64,000 nucleotides of DNA from an uncultured Candidatus Saccharibacteria bacterium (GCA_964450915.1 CAYVFG010000002.1:5379-69378), one strand, 5' to 3'; shown: positions 48,563 to 58,505, numbered from the stretch's first letter. The notes: generated by a model from the sequence alone, not told the origin. A program made the numbers and translations.

Positions 48563-49734
48563 ATTGCCATGATATATGCTAATACTTTTTCACTAGCCGT
48601 GCCGTCTGTTGTTGTAATCATTTTCTTGACTGTAATAGCGCGGTTAGACTGTTTCTCAGTTGGGTTTGTAAGCGACATTGCGATATCTTCTACTAGTTGC
48701 TTTGACGATGTTGCTATATGCGTTGCTCCGTCAGAAACTAGGTCGGCATAATGCTGTTGAAAATCTCGATAGACCATGCTTCTGTACCAGTTCCACCAGT
48801 CAAACTTTATTCCATATTTAGCGTTCACAATCGGAATGTCTGCAATCATAGATTCTAATGCAACAGTCGAAGAATGATTCACAAGCACGCCCGCGTGCAT
48901 GAACACGCCAATCAAAAAATAAATATCTTGTTCCGTAGGGGAGTATCGAAACGATTGCAGAGAAATACCTTCTTTTCTGCCCGGAGAAAATCTCACCGTA
49001 ACGCCATATTGATTGAAATTTTCATATTTTTCCAATACTCCTCCCGGATGCACCGATGCATACAAGTAGGGATTGTTCGGGATTTTTTTCTCATCGATGC
49101 CGTTTTTAATTTCTTTCACAATGTATTCCATCGGATATAGCTCCGTAGTTGCAATATGGATAAATGGTCTGAGTAAATCCGTAAAACCAAAAGCGCCGTA
49201 TACTGTTTCTTTGTTCGCAATCTTATCTGTATGTGCAAAGTAATCCATGCGCGGAGCGCCGATGATTGCAATGCGATCTTCCAAGACTTCTGGAAATACT
49301 CGCATTAAGTGTTCTTTCATCATGCTATTCCAGACAACGAATCGATCTGCGATCGCAACAGGGATATTATTTTTCAATAGTCGTTCTATCTTCCATACGT
49401 TGTCCCAACTTGCGATAAACGTTACTGTTGCAATATTCATTTTCTTTGCAATACGAAGAATGGGTTCGTCGAGAGCATCATGACCAACCGTATTAGTAAT
49501 CACCCGATCTGGCTGAATTGCGGAAAATAATTCTGTATGCTCAGCATCGTTTTTTGGATTTTCGTGAAAGATAAACTTCTGCCCAAATTCCGGAAATACT
49601 TGGTCAGATATGCTTGCAGCAGGGGTTATAATATGCACTTCTGCAATATCGTTTTGTGCCTCTAGGTGCCGTCGCAATGGTAATACAAGCTCTCGTATAT
49701 GATATCCGCTCGGTACGGAAAATAGCAGTTTCAT
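48559..49734 (-). CDS. Uncharacterised GT-B-fold-like enzyme. A TagF-like glycerophosphotransferase or capsule-type transferase is possible.
   Basis: Two-lobed alpha/beta pattern of about 390 aa with conserved His/Asp positions. No confident family assignment from sequence alone. Confidence 0.35.
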   Translation of the reverse strand: MKLLFSVPSGYHIRELVLPLRRHLEAQNDIAEVHIITPAASISDQVFPEFGQKFIFHENPKNDAEHTELFSAIQPDRVITNTVGHDALDEPILRIAKKMNIATVTFIASWDNVWKIERLLKNNIPVAIADRFVVWNSMMKEHLMRVFPEVLEDRIAIIGAPRMDYFAHTDKIANKETVYGAFGFTDLLRPFIHIATTELYPMEYIVKEIKNGIDEKKIPNNPYLYASVHPGGVLEKYENFNQYGVTVRFSPGRKEGISLQSFRYSPTEQDIYFLIGVFMHAGVLVNHSSTVALESMIADIPIVNAKYGIKFDWWNWYRSMVYRDFQQHYADLVSDGATHIATSSKQLVEDIAMSLTNPTEKQSNRAITVKKMITTTDGTASEKVLAYIMAI

Positions 49735-51878
49735 GGCTTTATAGTGGCACGTTTTGCCCTTTTTCGCAATAACGCAATTACGAGCGCGCCACAGGTGGCA
49801 AGCGATACAAATGCGCCAATTCTAATGGTTGTTTGCCTGTATTTCATCACAATGTCGTGACGACCTGCTGGCACTTGAATACTTCTAAAAAAGAGCGGCG
49901 ATTTTTGAATTAGCACTTCTTTACCATCAACATACGCGTGCCAATTTGGATAGTAGGCATCACGAACTATGAGCGTAGTATCCGAGATTGAATTTGTTTG
50001 TAATGCTAACTGCGATGGCCCTTCGGAAATAAGCTGCACCGCCCCAGAGGATAGTTCAAATCTCGGTTTTGGATGCAATGCTTGGATAGACACTTGGGTA
50101 CTAGGTTCTTGCGCAAGCACAGCGCCAATATTTAATTCGCGTGCCAATTCCATATTTTCTATTTCATTGGGATTATTCGGATGCAATTGCGACGTTGCAT
50201 TGGTTACCTCTTGCATATCAAGCGATGCCGGCCATTCGACGCCGTATATCCCAAACTGCGCGGACATCATGGGTAATAGCAAGTTTTTCTGTTGCTCGCG
50301 AATTGCAGTATTTGCACGAGACGATGGGTCTGTAAAATATGCTCCCGTATCCCCGCCATCCCGCAGAGCATACACGCGGGCTTGGTGCGCTATAACATTT
50401 TGAGGTAATTGCTGTATAGTTGCGGGTGACTGCAAAATAGATTGCCAGGGAAGAGTCGGGGTCGTCGTATATGCAATAATTACGAGATCTAGGGCAGATA
50501 GAATAAGAATGATTTTTCTGCCGCGCTTATGGCCGATGGCAAACGGCAATGCAATAAGGGAAATAATTGCAATTGACGTGTACGGCGAGGCGAGAGAAAC
50601 ACTCGAAACTTTTGCGCTTGCAAACATCGATTGCAATTTAGTCAAAGATGGCATTGGTGCGAAAAATAAAGCAATATTTGCAATGAATATTGCAGCAAGA
50701 ATAATTCCAGATGCGGCTGCAAAAAGCTTCTGCGCAGATTTACCATTTTTCCATACCGCATCAAATCCGAGTCCTGCGAATATGCTCAGCGAAAATGTTG
50801 TAAATAATAGCCAACGAGCAGGGGCGGAGAAAATCCACAACGACGGCTCTATCTGAAGCAGTCGAAACGGGGATAGTGAACCGAGAGCTAGGAGAAAAGA
50901 TATGCTACCAAGCCATGTGAAAAATGTATTTGTTGGACGCTTTATCGCTACATACCAAGTTGCCAACATTAACGGAATCACCCCGATATAAAATCCATAT
51001 TCGATTTCTAGTCGCTTTCCCCAATACGTATTATCGTTGCCATAAAATCGTGGAAATAAAAGGGTTGGTAGGTTATAGATTGGGTAGCTGAATTGATTCG
51101 CCGTTGTAACATTAAATGCGCCACCAGTACCCCTACTGGATAGTTTTGATAATTCATACGTTGGAAATAATTGGATAGCAGAAAACAAAAAAACGCCGAG
51201 GGCAATAATTATTATGGGCACTGCGGTGCGCAATAGAGCCCCTCCTCTTCCTTTTACTTGCAAATACGCCCCGTACGCCAATCCAACTGCCATCATGAGA
51301 AATGGAATTTGAATTTGGCCGATCAAGAATGGAATGGCGAATAAAAGAACTAGCACGGCAATATTTTTTGGAGATATTTTTTGCTTAGAGAATATAATAT
51401 GCACTGCAAGCATCTGCCACGGGAACCACGCAACTGCCAAGAAAATATTCAGGTGTGTTTCGTGCTGCCATACGAATTGCGATAACGAAAAAGAAAGCGC
51501 CGTCAGCGCGCTTGCTTCTTTGGACATGCCGAGTTTGCGCGCAAATAGAAACGTTCCGATTGCAAGCATCGCCACATGCAATACAAGCGCAAGCGGAAGC
51601 TCGAGCGACACAGGAAATAAGCGAAGCAAGAATAAAACAGGATAAAAAAATCCGATTTGGGCGGCTGCGATAACCGGGAATCCAAACGATACCGCAGGAT
51701 CCCAGGCAGGAATATGACCCTTGAGTTCTTCTGTATGGAAAAAAGATTCTAACGGGATAAACACGTCTCTCATATCGCCGATTGCAGGATACTGGTTAAA
51801 TAAAAACGGCAAAAAGGGGAGAAGTGCTACCAGAGGAACAACAATCAGCCATGTATTCGCTTTCATATACATGACCAT
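49731..51878 (-). CDS. YfhO-family-like large membrane protein (715 aa).
   Basis: LPFLPFLFNQYPAIGDMRDVFIPLESFFH...HIPAWDPAVSFGFPV is YfhO-like, with a long C-terminal periplasmic domain. Confidence 0.6.
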   Translation of the reverse strand: MVMYMKANTWLIVVPLVALLPFLPFLFNQYPAIGDMRDVFIPLESFFHTEELKGHIPAWDPAVSFGFPVIAAAQIGFFYPVLFLLRLFPVSLELPLALVLHVAMLAIGTFLFARKLGMSKEASALTALSFSLSQFVWQHETHLNIFLAVAWFPWQMLAVHIIFSKQKISPKNIAVLVLLFAIPFLIGQIQIPFLMMAVGLAYGAYLQVKGRGGALLRTAVPIIIIALGVFLFSAIQLFPTYELSKLSSRGTGGAFNVTTANQFSYPIYNLPTLLFPRFYGNDNTYWGKRLEIEYGFYIGVIPLMLATWYVAIKRPTNTFFTWLGSISFLLALGSLSPFRLLQIEPSLWIFSAPARWLLFTTFSLSIFAGLGFDAVWKNGKSAQKLFAAASGIILAAIFIANIALFFAPMPSLTKLQSMFASAKVSSVSLASPYTSIAIISLIALPFAIGHKRGRKIILILSALDLVIIAYTTTPTLPWQSILQSPATIQQLPQNVIAHQARVYALRDGGDTGAYFTDPSSRANTAIREQQKNLLLPMMSAQFGIYGVEWPASLDMQEVTNATSQLHPNNPNEIENMELARELNIGAVLAQEPSTQVSIQALHPKPRFELSSGAVQLISEGPSQLALQTNSISDTTLIVRDAYYPNWHAYVDGKEVLIQKSPLFFRSIQVPAGRHDIVMKYRQTTIRIGAFVSLATCGALVIALLRKRAKRATIKP

Positions 51879-51896
51879 AGTATCTCATTGGCGTGT

Positions 51897-51932
51897 AAAT
51901 AATAAAAGCGCAGATGCGTTAGTTCTGCGCTT
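51897..51932 (-). terminator. Perfect Rho-independent terminator on the minus strand: stem AAGCGCAGA / TCTGCGCTT, a 9-nt loop, then TTATTATTT.
   Basis: Inverted repeat 51906-51914 / 51924-51932. The A-run 51897-51905 on the plus strand is the T-tract on the minus strand. Confidence 0.5.
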
Positions 51933-51943
51933 GTGGTTATCGT

Positions 51944-52096
51944 TTACTCCTTGTGATTAAGCGGCCTCCTTGCTTCGTTCGTGTGGCTACACTGCACGCC
52001 ACTCGGGTCTCGCACGGTTTCGGTGCACTGGACTCGAATAAGCGTTAAGCCAATCTGCTCTTTTGCCTCCCAACGATCTCTTTGCTGCCTGCTCAT
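51944..52096 (-). other. GC-rich element containing a 50-codon ORF (MSRQQRDRWEAKEQIGLTLIRVQCTETVRDPSGVQCSHTNEARRPLNHKE) with an AAAGGG Shine-Dalgarno. It could instead be a structured sRNA.
   Basis: Translated by hand. It lies between the GT2 stop (52171) and the terminator, and its composition differs from the flanking genes. Confidence 0.2.
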
Positions 52097-52170
52097 ATCG
52101 GCCCTTTAAAGTACAAAAAACTCAAACTCCACCAGAGCAATATGATAAGCTAGAACTATCTAATTGTCAA

Positions 52171-52875
52171 TTACCCAAATAGCCGTAACTTCCAAACCAA
52201 CAAGAATGCTTCACGGATAATGGCCTTGCTCATCTTAGATTGGCCTTCTCTGCGTTCCGTAAAAATAATGGGCACTTCTTTTATTTTTTTCTTCATCTTC
52301 CATGTTCGATGATTCATTTCTACTTGAAAACCATATCCATCAGCGCGCACGGTTGAGAGGTTAAGTGCTCTGAGTGTTTCTGCGCGCCATGACTTGAATC
52401 CTCCCGTTACATCCTTATAGGGCATACCTGTAATAGCGCTTGCATATACATTGCCGAAGACGCTAATAAGCAATCTGGGTAATGGCCAGTTAATAACACT
52501 GATACCGTGCGAGTATCGGGAGCCGATTACTAAATCCGCCTCTTGTAATCCGTGCAATAAACGAGAAACGTCTTTCGGGTCATGGGAAAAATCAGCATCC
52601 ATTTGAACGATAGCGTCAGCCCCGTGTTCTAAGGCATACGTAAACGCATGCACATATGCTGCGCCTAGCCCTTGTTTTTTCTCTCGGACAATAAGATGCA
52701 ATAAGGGATATGTTTCTTGCAATGCTCGAACAATATTCTGTGTACCATCCGGAGAATTATCATCCACAATCAGCACGCTCAAATTTGGAATATTCTGAGC
52801 GAACAGATCATGAATCATCTGATCAATATTTCCTTTTTCGTTATATGTTGGAATGACGACCCACGGTGATTTCAT
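52171..52875 (-). CDS. GT2 polyprenol-phosphate sugar synthase, Dpm1/GtrB-like.
   Basis: VVIPTYNEKGNI, LIVDDNSPDGT, QMDADFSHDP and GSRYSHG. Paralog of 29779..30495. Confidence 0.85.
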   Translation of the reverse strand: MKSPWVVIPTYNEKGNIDQMIHDLFAQNIPNLSVLIVDDNSPDGTQNIVRALQETYPLLHLIVREKKQGLGAAYVHAFTYALEHGADAIVQMDADFSHDPKDVSRLLHGLQEADLVIGSRYSHGISVINWPLPRLLISVFGNVYASAITGMPYKDVTGGFKSWRAETLRALNLSTVRADGYGFQVEMNHRTWKMKKKIKEVPIIFTERREGQSKMSKAIIREAFLLVWKLRLFG

Positions 52876-53927
52876 ATAGCTGGATTATGCACCATATCGG
52901 TCAACACTGCCATAATTTCATCTACCGTAATGACGGATAGACAGCTTTTTGTAGCTTGCTTGCCTGGCATATTCCAGTCAATATAGCCCTGATTTTTCCA
53001 TTCTTGGGACGTGAGATTAATCTGCGTAGACCCTTCTTTTAAAAAGCCCATTTTATAACCCGTAGGCCCAAGCAATGTGCGATGTTTTTTTGCATCATCG
53101 GCAATATATTCATTCAAGAAATATGCCGGATCCGCTCGATGCAAAGGCTGGTCGCAAATAAGGGTAATCACTGGCAAACCCACTGCTGCCGCAAAGTGCA
53201 ACGGACCAGAAAGCACGCCGATAGCGGCATCGCAATAGGTAAGTGTTGCAATATTTTCACGCAACGTAAGCGGGCGGCCCTGATACTCATGGACATATTT
53301 GCCGCCAAACCAAATCGGTGGAGCGCCGTATGTTGAGGTAATTCGTTGCTCTAATGCAGAAATCCTGTCAGCATTCCAACCTCGAGTCGTTCTCCCTTCA
53401 AGTCCCTCAAGCAGCACTATTCTTGGGTGCGGATATTTACTCATTACTTCTCGAGCAACTGCGCGATCATCCTCAGATAGGTATAGCTTATAATTCGTAT
53501 TAGATTCTTCCGGCAATTCCACCACGTCATACATTTTTTTCATCGGATTTTCATCTTGCTCAATGCCTAAATCTAATTCATATACGCCGTCGTACTTATT
53601 CGACGACTTTTCTTGCTCATAATACTTCTTGCTCCACGTAGGAATACGGCGCCCCTCTTCTATGCATATCGACCCGGAAAGCGACATATGCTTTTCATCA
53701 AAATGCACCAGTGTATCGATATGGGGATTTTCCAGCATGAGAGCGATGCAAAAACCGCTTTGATTCCTCTTCCCATAGAGATTCTTCTTATTTTTAAATC
53801 CCCAAGCAGTAACAAATGTAATGTGGCAATCCGGATATTTCTTTTTTAACGTTTCAAGTATCGGGGGGACGAAGAAGACCATATCGCCCATGTTTCCTAC
53901 ATGTTTAATAAGAAATTTTTTACTCAT
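52872..53927 (-). CDS. GT9-family glycosyltransferase (heptosyltransferase-like).
   Basis: HVGNMGDMVFFVPP N-terminal motif and VLSGPLHFAAAVGLPVITL C-terminal region. Confidence 0.7.
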   Translation of the reverse strand: MSKKFLIKHVGNMGDMVFFVPPILETLKKKYPDCHITFVTAWGFKNKKNLYGKRNQSGFCIALMLENPHIDTLVHFDEKHMSLSGSICIEEGRRIPTWSKKYYEQEKSSNKYDGVYELDLGIEQDENPMKKMYDVVELPEESNTNYKLYLSEDDRAVAREVMSKYPHPRIVLLEGLEGRTTRGWNADRISALEQRITSTYGAPPIWFGGKYVHEYQGRPLTLRENIATLTYCDAAIGVLSGPLHFAAAVGLPVITLICDQPLHRADPAYFLNEYIADDAKKHRTLLGPTGYKMGFLKEGSTQINLTSQEWKNQGYIDWNMPGKQATKSCLSVITVDEIMAVLTDMVHNPAI

Positions 53928-55008
53928 GATGAATCGTTGAAGCTAATTCTTCTAACCGTTTTTTCGACTCCGCATAATTATACTTTTTCAGTCGCTCCTG
54001 AGCCGTCCGCACAACTTCGCTGTAATATGAATCATCTTGCAGCAACTGCGTGCCTTGCAATACAAGCTGTTCCAAAGCGGTTGTATCTGTTGCGGTTAAT
54101 TTAGGGAATAAATCGTCCTGTCCGTCGGAATTTGCTCCGATACTCGGGGTGCCTACTGCGGCGCAGTCAACTTGGACACGGCCGCGAGTGAACGTATAAT
54201 CCGTATTAATTACGAGCATCGCTTTCGAAAGCATTTCTAAATGTTCTTGCCAGGGGGTAAACGGAATGATGTCGTATTGCGCACCTTTGAGCTCAGATAC
54301 ATCAAGTTCCATATCTTCGACAGCAGACATTTGGATTCGGTATTGTGGGAATTTTCCTTGTAACTTTTTTGCCACGACCTCTCCTAGTATGATATTTTTC
54401 CTATCTGTTACGCCTGCAACATAAATAACATTTCTCTTGTTATTTCTGGTTTTAAACTTTTGTGATGCAAATTCAACAGGATATGGTTGAGGCAAATATT
54501 CAACACGCACAGCGCCCGCAACTTCCTGCCAGGCATCCTTCGTACTCTCAACAATAGTTAAAAATATATCGCACTGCTGTATAAAGTGTATTATTTCTTG
54601 CTTCTTTTCCGGCGCGCTCTCCCATACATCTTTGAGAATCCCATACGGCTGAGTCGGCACGCCTAAAATCGTAATATCTGGATACGTTACACGAAGTTTT
54701 TTTAGAAAATTCACCATCTCATGCCCATCGCTTAGCTGATAAACAACCAGCAGAGTATCGAATTTTTCAAAATAGCTCATATCATAAGACGAAGGCCATG
54801 AACCGGTGAGGCGTTTCATAATTTTCCTGTATATACCCGGCATGAAATAGGTGAGGGGGATATGCTCTCCTTTCAGAGCTGACACGTAGCATCCAAAACT
54901 CGTCGGATCGATTTCTTTTATCGGATCGCATACGTAGTTTGGGCGAGCATCGCTATGGCGCCATATCTGCTTTGTTTTGCTTGAATATTCTACGACAGCG
55001 AAGTTCAT
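53920..55008 (-). CDS. GT-B-like glycosyltransferase. It is divergent and the family is uncertain.
   Basis: C-terminal VQVDCAAVGTPSIGANSDGQDDLFP resembles a nucleotide-sugar-binding region of GT-B enzymes. Confidence 0.4.
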   Translation of the reverse strand: MNFAVVEYSSKTKQIWRHSDARPNYVCDPIKEIDPTSFGCYVSALKGEHIPLTYFMPGIYRKIMKRLTGSWPSSYDMSYFEKFDTLLVVYQLSDGHEMVNFLKKLRVTYPDITILGVPTQPYGILKDVWESAPEKKQEIIHFIQQCDIFLTIVESTKDAWQEVAGAVRVEYLPQPYPVEFASQKFKTRNNKRNVIYVAGVTDRKNIILGEVVAKKLQGKFPQYRIQMSAVEDMELDVSELKGAQYDIIPFTPWQEHLEMLSKAMLVINTDYTFTRGRVQVDCAAVGTPSIGANSDGQDDLFPKLTATDTTALEQLVLQGTQLLQDDSYYSEVVRTAQERLKKYNYAESKKRLEELASTIHHE

Positions 55009-56555
55009 ACTGTTTTTTTCTTATATATTTTTGCCGTAATAATATCAATAACCTCATGCATCTCTTCCAATTTCCATGCATACGCACAAACACTGTATAT
55101 AACGATTCCTACGACAAGCGGAATGGCTATTTCGACAGCGCTATTAAATGCAACGAATGGTCGAATTGCCCAAACGGCTGCACATGCAACTGCCGTAATG
55201 ATAATTATTTTCACGTATGCGATGTGCTTAAAAATATAATGCAGTCCAGAAATAGACTTCGTAAGATACAGGTAGTAGAGAAAAGCTGACGATAGGGGAA
55301 CAAGAGATGACGCAAGCGCTAATCCTGCAACGCCCATATGGGGCACAAGCAACGCAAACAATGCCATTGCTACAACTTGCGATGCAATAGTAACAGCAAC
55401 GGCGGTGCGGGTTTGCTTAAGCGCTAAAATTGCGTGTCCGAGTACGGAGCTAATTCCTGTTGTAGTAAGACCGAGAACGAGATAGAGCAGTGCAAGGCTG
55501 GTAAGGTTCGCATCGGTATCGGTGAAAGATCCGTGATGATAAATAACGTCGACGATAGGGTGACGCAATAATGCTACCGTAATAATGAGCGGGAGCGTCG
55601 TAAATACTATCAACCTCATTGACCTGCCGATCGTTGTTCGCATGCCGGCAGTATCCAACGTGCTGGCCTTTTCGGAAAGCAGGGGATAAATAACGAGCGT
55701 TACCGAGTTGATAAATATAATAGTTATTAATTGAGTGATTTTTTCTGCAAACTTAAGCGCAGACAAACTTCCTTCTTCCAAACCAGAAACCAATACTCTG
55801 TATACAAGCCCTGCGCCCTGCGTCGCAATAACGGAGAATATAAACGGATACACAAGATGAAACAGCGAACGCAGCGCCGGATCTTTAAGCCGTACAAAAA
55901 ATCGATACCGCATGCCTTCTTTGAGCAATCCCCACACAAGAAGGCCGAGCTGGACGATTGAACCTACAACAACGCCTACGGCGAGAGCGTAGATGCCGAT
56001 ACTGTGAACAAATAGCATAATACATAGAATGGATATGCTTGGAGCAACGATTCGGAGCAATGCCGGCAATCCAAAATGTTTCAGCGATTGCAGCATCGAT
56101 GTGGCAAATTCGACCATGAATAAAAAGAAAAAAGACGGCAATAAAACTTGCAGTAGGTGAGACGTAAGCTGAGTAGTTGCAGAATCAAACCCAGGCGCTA
56201 TAAGACGCACAAATTGCGTGCTGAAGAAAAATACAATTGAAATTAAAATAATATATATAAGCCCTATCGTATTCGTAATATTGAGCGCTAAATCCCACGC
56301 GCCTTGTTTATTGTTCTTGGTTAATCGATCGATGAATAGCGGAATGAAAATTGCAGTGACGGATCCGCCCATGAGCATCTTTGAGAGCAAATCGGATGTT
56401 GATTGCGCCATAAAGAATGCATCCGTTTGATGACCTGCACCGTAGTAATACGCGACTATGAGCTGCAGTACGAATCCGAACAGCGCACCAAGAGATGCCG
56501 TTATTCCGATAATGCCTGCATTTTTTGCAGTGTGCTGGAATTCGCTTTTGCTCAT
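55005..56555 (-). CDS. murJ: MurJ/MviN-family flippase (MOP superfamily).
   Basis: N-terminal GAGHQTDAFFMAQSTSDLLSKML matches the MurJ G..TDAFF signature. About 14 TM helices across 516 aa. Confidence 0.65.
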   Translation of the reverse strand: MSKSEFQHTAKNAGIIGITASLGALFGFVLQLIVAYYYGAGHQTDAFFMAQSTSDLLSKMLMGGSVTAIFIPLFIDRLTKNNKQGAWDLALNITNTIGLIYIILISIVFFFSTQFVRLIAPGFDSATTQLTSHLLQVLLPSFFFLFMVEFATSMLQSLKHFGLPALLRIVAPSISILCIMLFVHSIGIYALAVGVVVGSIVQLGLLVWGLLKEGMRYRFFVRLKDPALRSLFHLVYPFIFSVIATQGAGLVYRVLVSGLEEGSLSALKFAEKITQLITIIFINSVTLVIYPLLSEKASTLDTAGMRTTIGRSMRLIVFTTLPLIITVALLRHPIVDVIYHHGSFTDTDANLTSLALLYLVLGLTTTGISSVLGHAILALKQTRTAVAVTIASQVVAMALFALLVPHMGVAGLALASSLVPLSSAFLYYLYLTKSISGLHYIFKHIAYVKIIIITAVACAAVWAIRPFVAFNSAVEIAIPLVVGIVIYSVCAYAWKLEEMHEVIDIITAKIYKKKTV

Positions 56556-57793
56556 AGCGGAGCTCCGTATGCAAGCGTTACAGAAGCTACATGCATAAAA
56601 TCAAGCAACGCAATAATTACCAGCAACGCAAGAAAAACTTGTACAAAACGATCGTTTTTACCAATAAATTGCTGCATCTTATGCAATCCAAGCGACGCAA
56701 ACCATGCAATGCACCATGCTACAGGAATCCATGCACCCAAAGATAACGTTATAAGCAATGCAACGCCCACGAACAGATCAATGACCACTCTATTGCGAGT
56801 AGTTCTAGTAAGGCAATAGAGCAATACGGCAATCCCAATACAAGCAAAAAATATGGCAAAGAATCCGACGTATGCGCCAGCGGCATGAGAAACCTTGATT
56901 TGATTCGGATCAATGAGAGCGTCCTTGAAAGATAACTTCGTAATTGCGGTATGTGTTGCAACCAGGGCTAACGGTAGCCACGTCGAACACGCGACAATGC
57001 ATGCTCCAAAGAGTGCGGACAAGCGCGATCTGCCAACAATGCGAAACACCCACCATGCTATCAGCAATACCCCGAATACGAGTAGGCCATATAGGGCCAT
57101 GCTTGTCGTACTCCCAATAGCAGACAGTCCCTGCAATCCGGCAATGGCAATAAGAAGAAGGTGATCGCGCAAGAGTGGGCGCCTTTGCAGGAATGGAAAT
57201 GCAATGAGGGCAAGCCCTGCTAGCACAACGATTCCGCCAACTTGCTTAATGAGCGCTGGATGCAATACTTCATCTGCCGTATATGCAAAGGGATACTGTT
57301 GCGGCGCCCCATCAATGAAAAAGTGAACCTCTTCTCCGGAAAAATCGTTATCGAATGTCCTATTTCTAAGCGCAATGTCCGTTGAAATAGAATCTGAAAC
57401 CGTTACATGAATGCGAAGAGTTTCATCCTGAGCGCTTGCAACAGGATGATCAAATATAAACTGGGTGGGAACAGTTTGATCGATATATAGCGAATTAACA
57501 GTTGCAGTCTCCAGCACAGTGTCGCCGCGCATCAGCTGAAGAGTAATAATTCCTGTGTGATGCAATAACGGATGCAGAGGCAGGAAATATATTCCTACTC
57601 GGGAAATAATTTTATTATGAATAACAGCATCTTGGTCATACGAAACACCTGCTTGCATCGGTACGAGATACTTCGACTCTTCAGTAGGAGTTAATTTTAT
57701 AAATTGCTCATCTGTTTTTATCGTGAAAAAAGAAGCCCCAAGCGCTATAAGAGCGATTCCGATTGCTAGCTTGATTATTCCCATCTTATTCAT
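56552..57793 (-). CDS. Membrane protein: signal anchor, a periplasmic beta-rich module of about 180 aa, then about 7 TM helices. The start is MNKMGIIKL at 57793; the track ORF starts at 57832.
   Basis: An ATGA overlap with the upstream small ORF supports the 57793 start. Module motif DEQFIKLTPTEESKYLVPMQAG...GIITLQLMRGD. Confidence 0.5.
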   Translation of the reverse strand: MNKMGIIKLAIGIALIALGASFFTIKTDEQFIKLTPTEESKYLVPMQAGVSYDQDAVIHNKIISRVGIYFLPLHPLLHHTGIITLQLMRGDTVLETATVNSLYIDQTVPTQFIFDHPVASAQDETLRIHVTVSDSISTDIALRNRTFDNDFSGEEVHFFIDGAPQQYPFAYTADEVLHPALIKQVGGIVVLAGLALIAFPFLQRRPLLRDHLLLIAIAGLQGLSAIGSTTSMALYGLLVFGVLLIAWWVFRIVGRSRLSALFGACIVACSTWLPLALVATHTAITKLSFKDALIDPNQIKVSHAAGAYVGFFAIFFACIGIAVLLYCLTRTTRNRVVIDLFVGVALLITLSLGAWIPVAWCIAWFASLGLHKMQQFIGKNDRFVQVFLALLVIIALLDFMHVASVTLAYGAPL

Positions 57794-57969
57794 ATGCGCG
57801 TTCTTATATAATACATCGTCACAAACATACAAGCAGCGGCTGCTAACGCAGGAAATACGAGCACTGAGAACGTAGCAGGGTGCAGGTAGCGGGCATACGC
57901 CACAATGCTGGCAGAAATGATGAATGCGATACCTAGCAGCAAATCTATATTTCTCTTTCGCGATTCCAT
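57790..57969 (-). CDS. Unannotated small 2-TM membrane protein of 59 aa (MESRKRNIDLLLGIAFIISASIVAYARYLHPATFSVLVFPALAAAACMFVTMYYIRTRI).
   Basis: Translated by hand. Its stop TGA overlaps the ATG of the downstream gene (ATGA). It is just below the track's 60-aa cut-off. Confidence 0.3.
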   Translation of the reverse strand: MESRKRNIDLLLGIAFIISASIVAYARYLHPATFSVLVFPALAAAACMFVTMYYIRTRI

Positions 57970-58505
57970 AGGCTTTTTATATAATCCTTTGTCTGAGACA
58001 TAGTAGGCATCACTGGATATACCCTAGCATGAATGTCGCTTACGCTCCATTGAACAGGTTCCCCGTCCGTAAACAGCATCATATCGATAGACTGGTTTGT
58101 ATCCTGAAACGATGCAGTAACTGGGAATAGCAATGTTTTCGTTTGCAATCCTGCCTTGTCTACATCTTTATTGTAGAGCTGTTCCTTATCATACCCAAGC
58201 CAAAATACGCCATTTCGGACGCCTAAGTCTATCGTATTTGCATGCTCGGGATTAAACGTGATAGTTATGGCAATCTCTTTTCCAAATACAGGAGAATTTA
58301 TAAATACATCTGCATGCGCTAAGGATTCTAAAATATGCGTAGTATTATCTTGAATAGGGTAGGGGATAGCATGTATGGTTTCCAATGGAGCAATGTTTAC
58401 CGGCCCCGAATACAAAATAGGGCGAATATATATAGCGCCCGTAATGATAAGCGCCAACAATATGCAGATGCTGCTATTTGCGAATAATCGATTTTGCATA
58501 CGCAA
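57945..58505 (-). CDS. Membrane-anchored hypothetical protein (186 aa) with an N-terminal TM helix and a beta-rich domain.
   Basis: N-terminal hydrophobic helix SSICILLALIITGAIYI. No recognised catalytic motif. Confidence 0.45.
   Translation of the reverse strand: MRMQNRLFANSSICILLALIITGAIYIRPILYSGPVNIAPLETIHAIPYPIQDNTTHILESLAHADVFINSPVFGKEIAITITFNPEHANTIDLGVRNGVFWLGYDKEQLYNKDVDKAGLQTKTLLFPVTASFQDTNQSIDMMLFTDGEPVQWSVSDIHARVYPVMPTMSQTKDYIKSLWNREREI

Noticed and set aside
52100-52140. Plus-strand CTCCACCA resembling a tmRNA or tRNA 3' acceptor end, and a minus-strand TTCGAGTCC T-loop-like string near 52035
   Set aside because: No adjacent T-arm or acceptor stem pairing could be built. The flanking 5-nt segments are not complementary. 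No other tRNA or tmRNA hallmarks are present.
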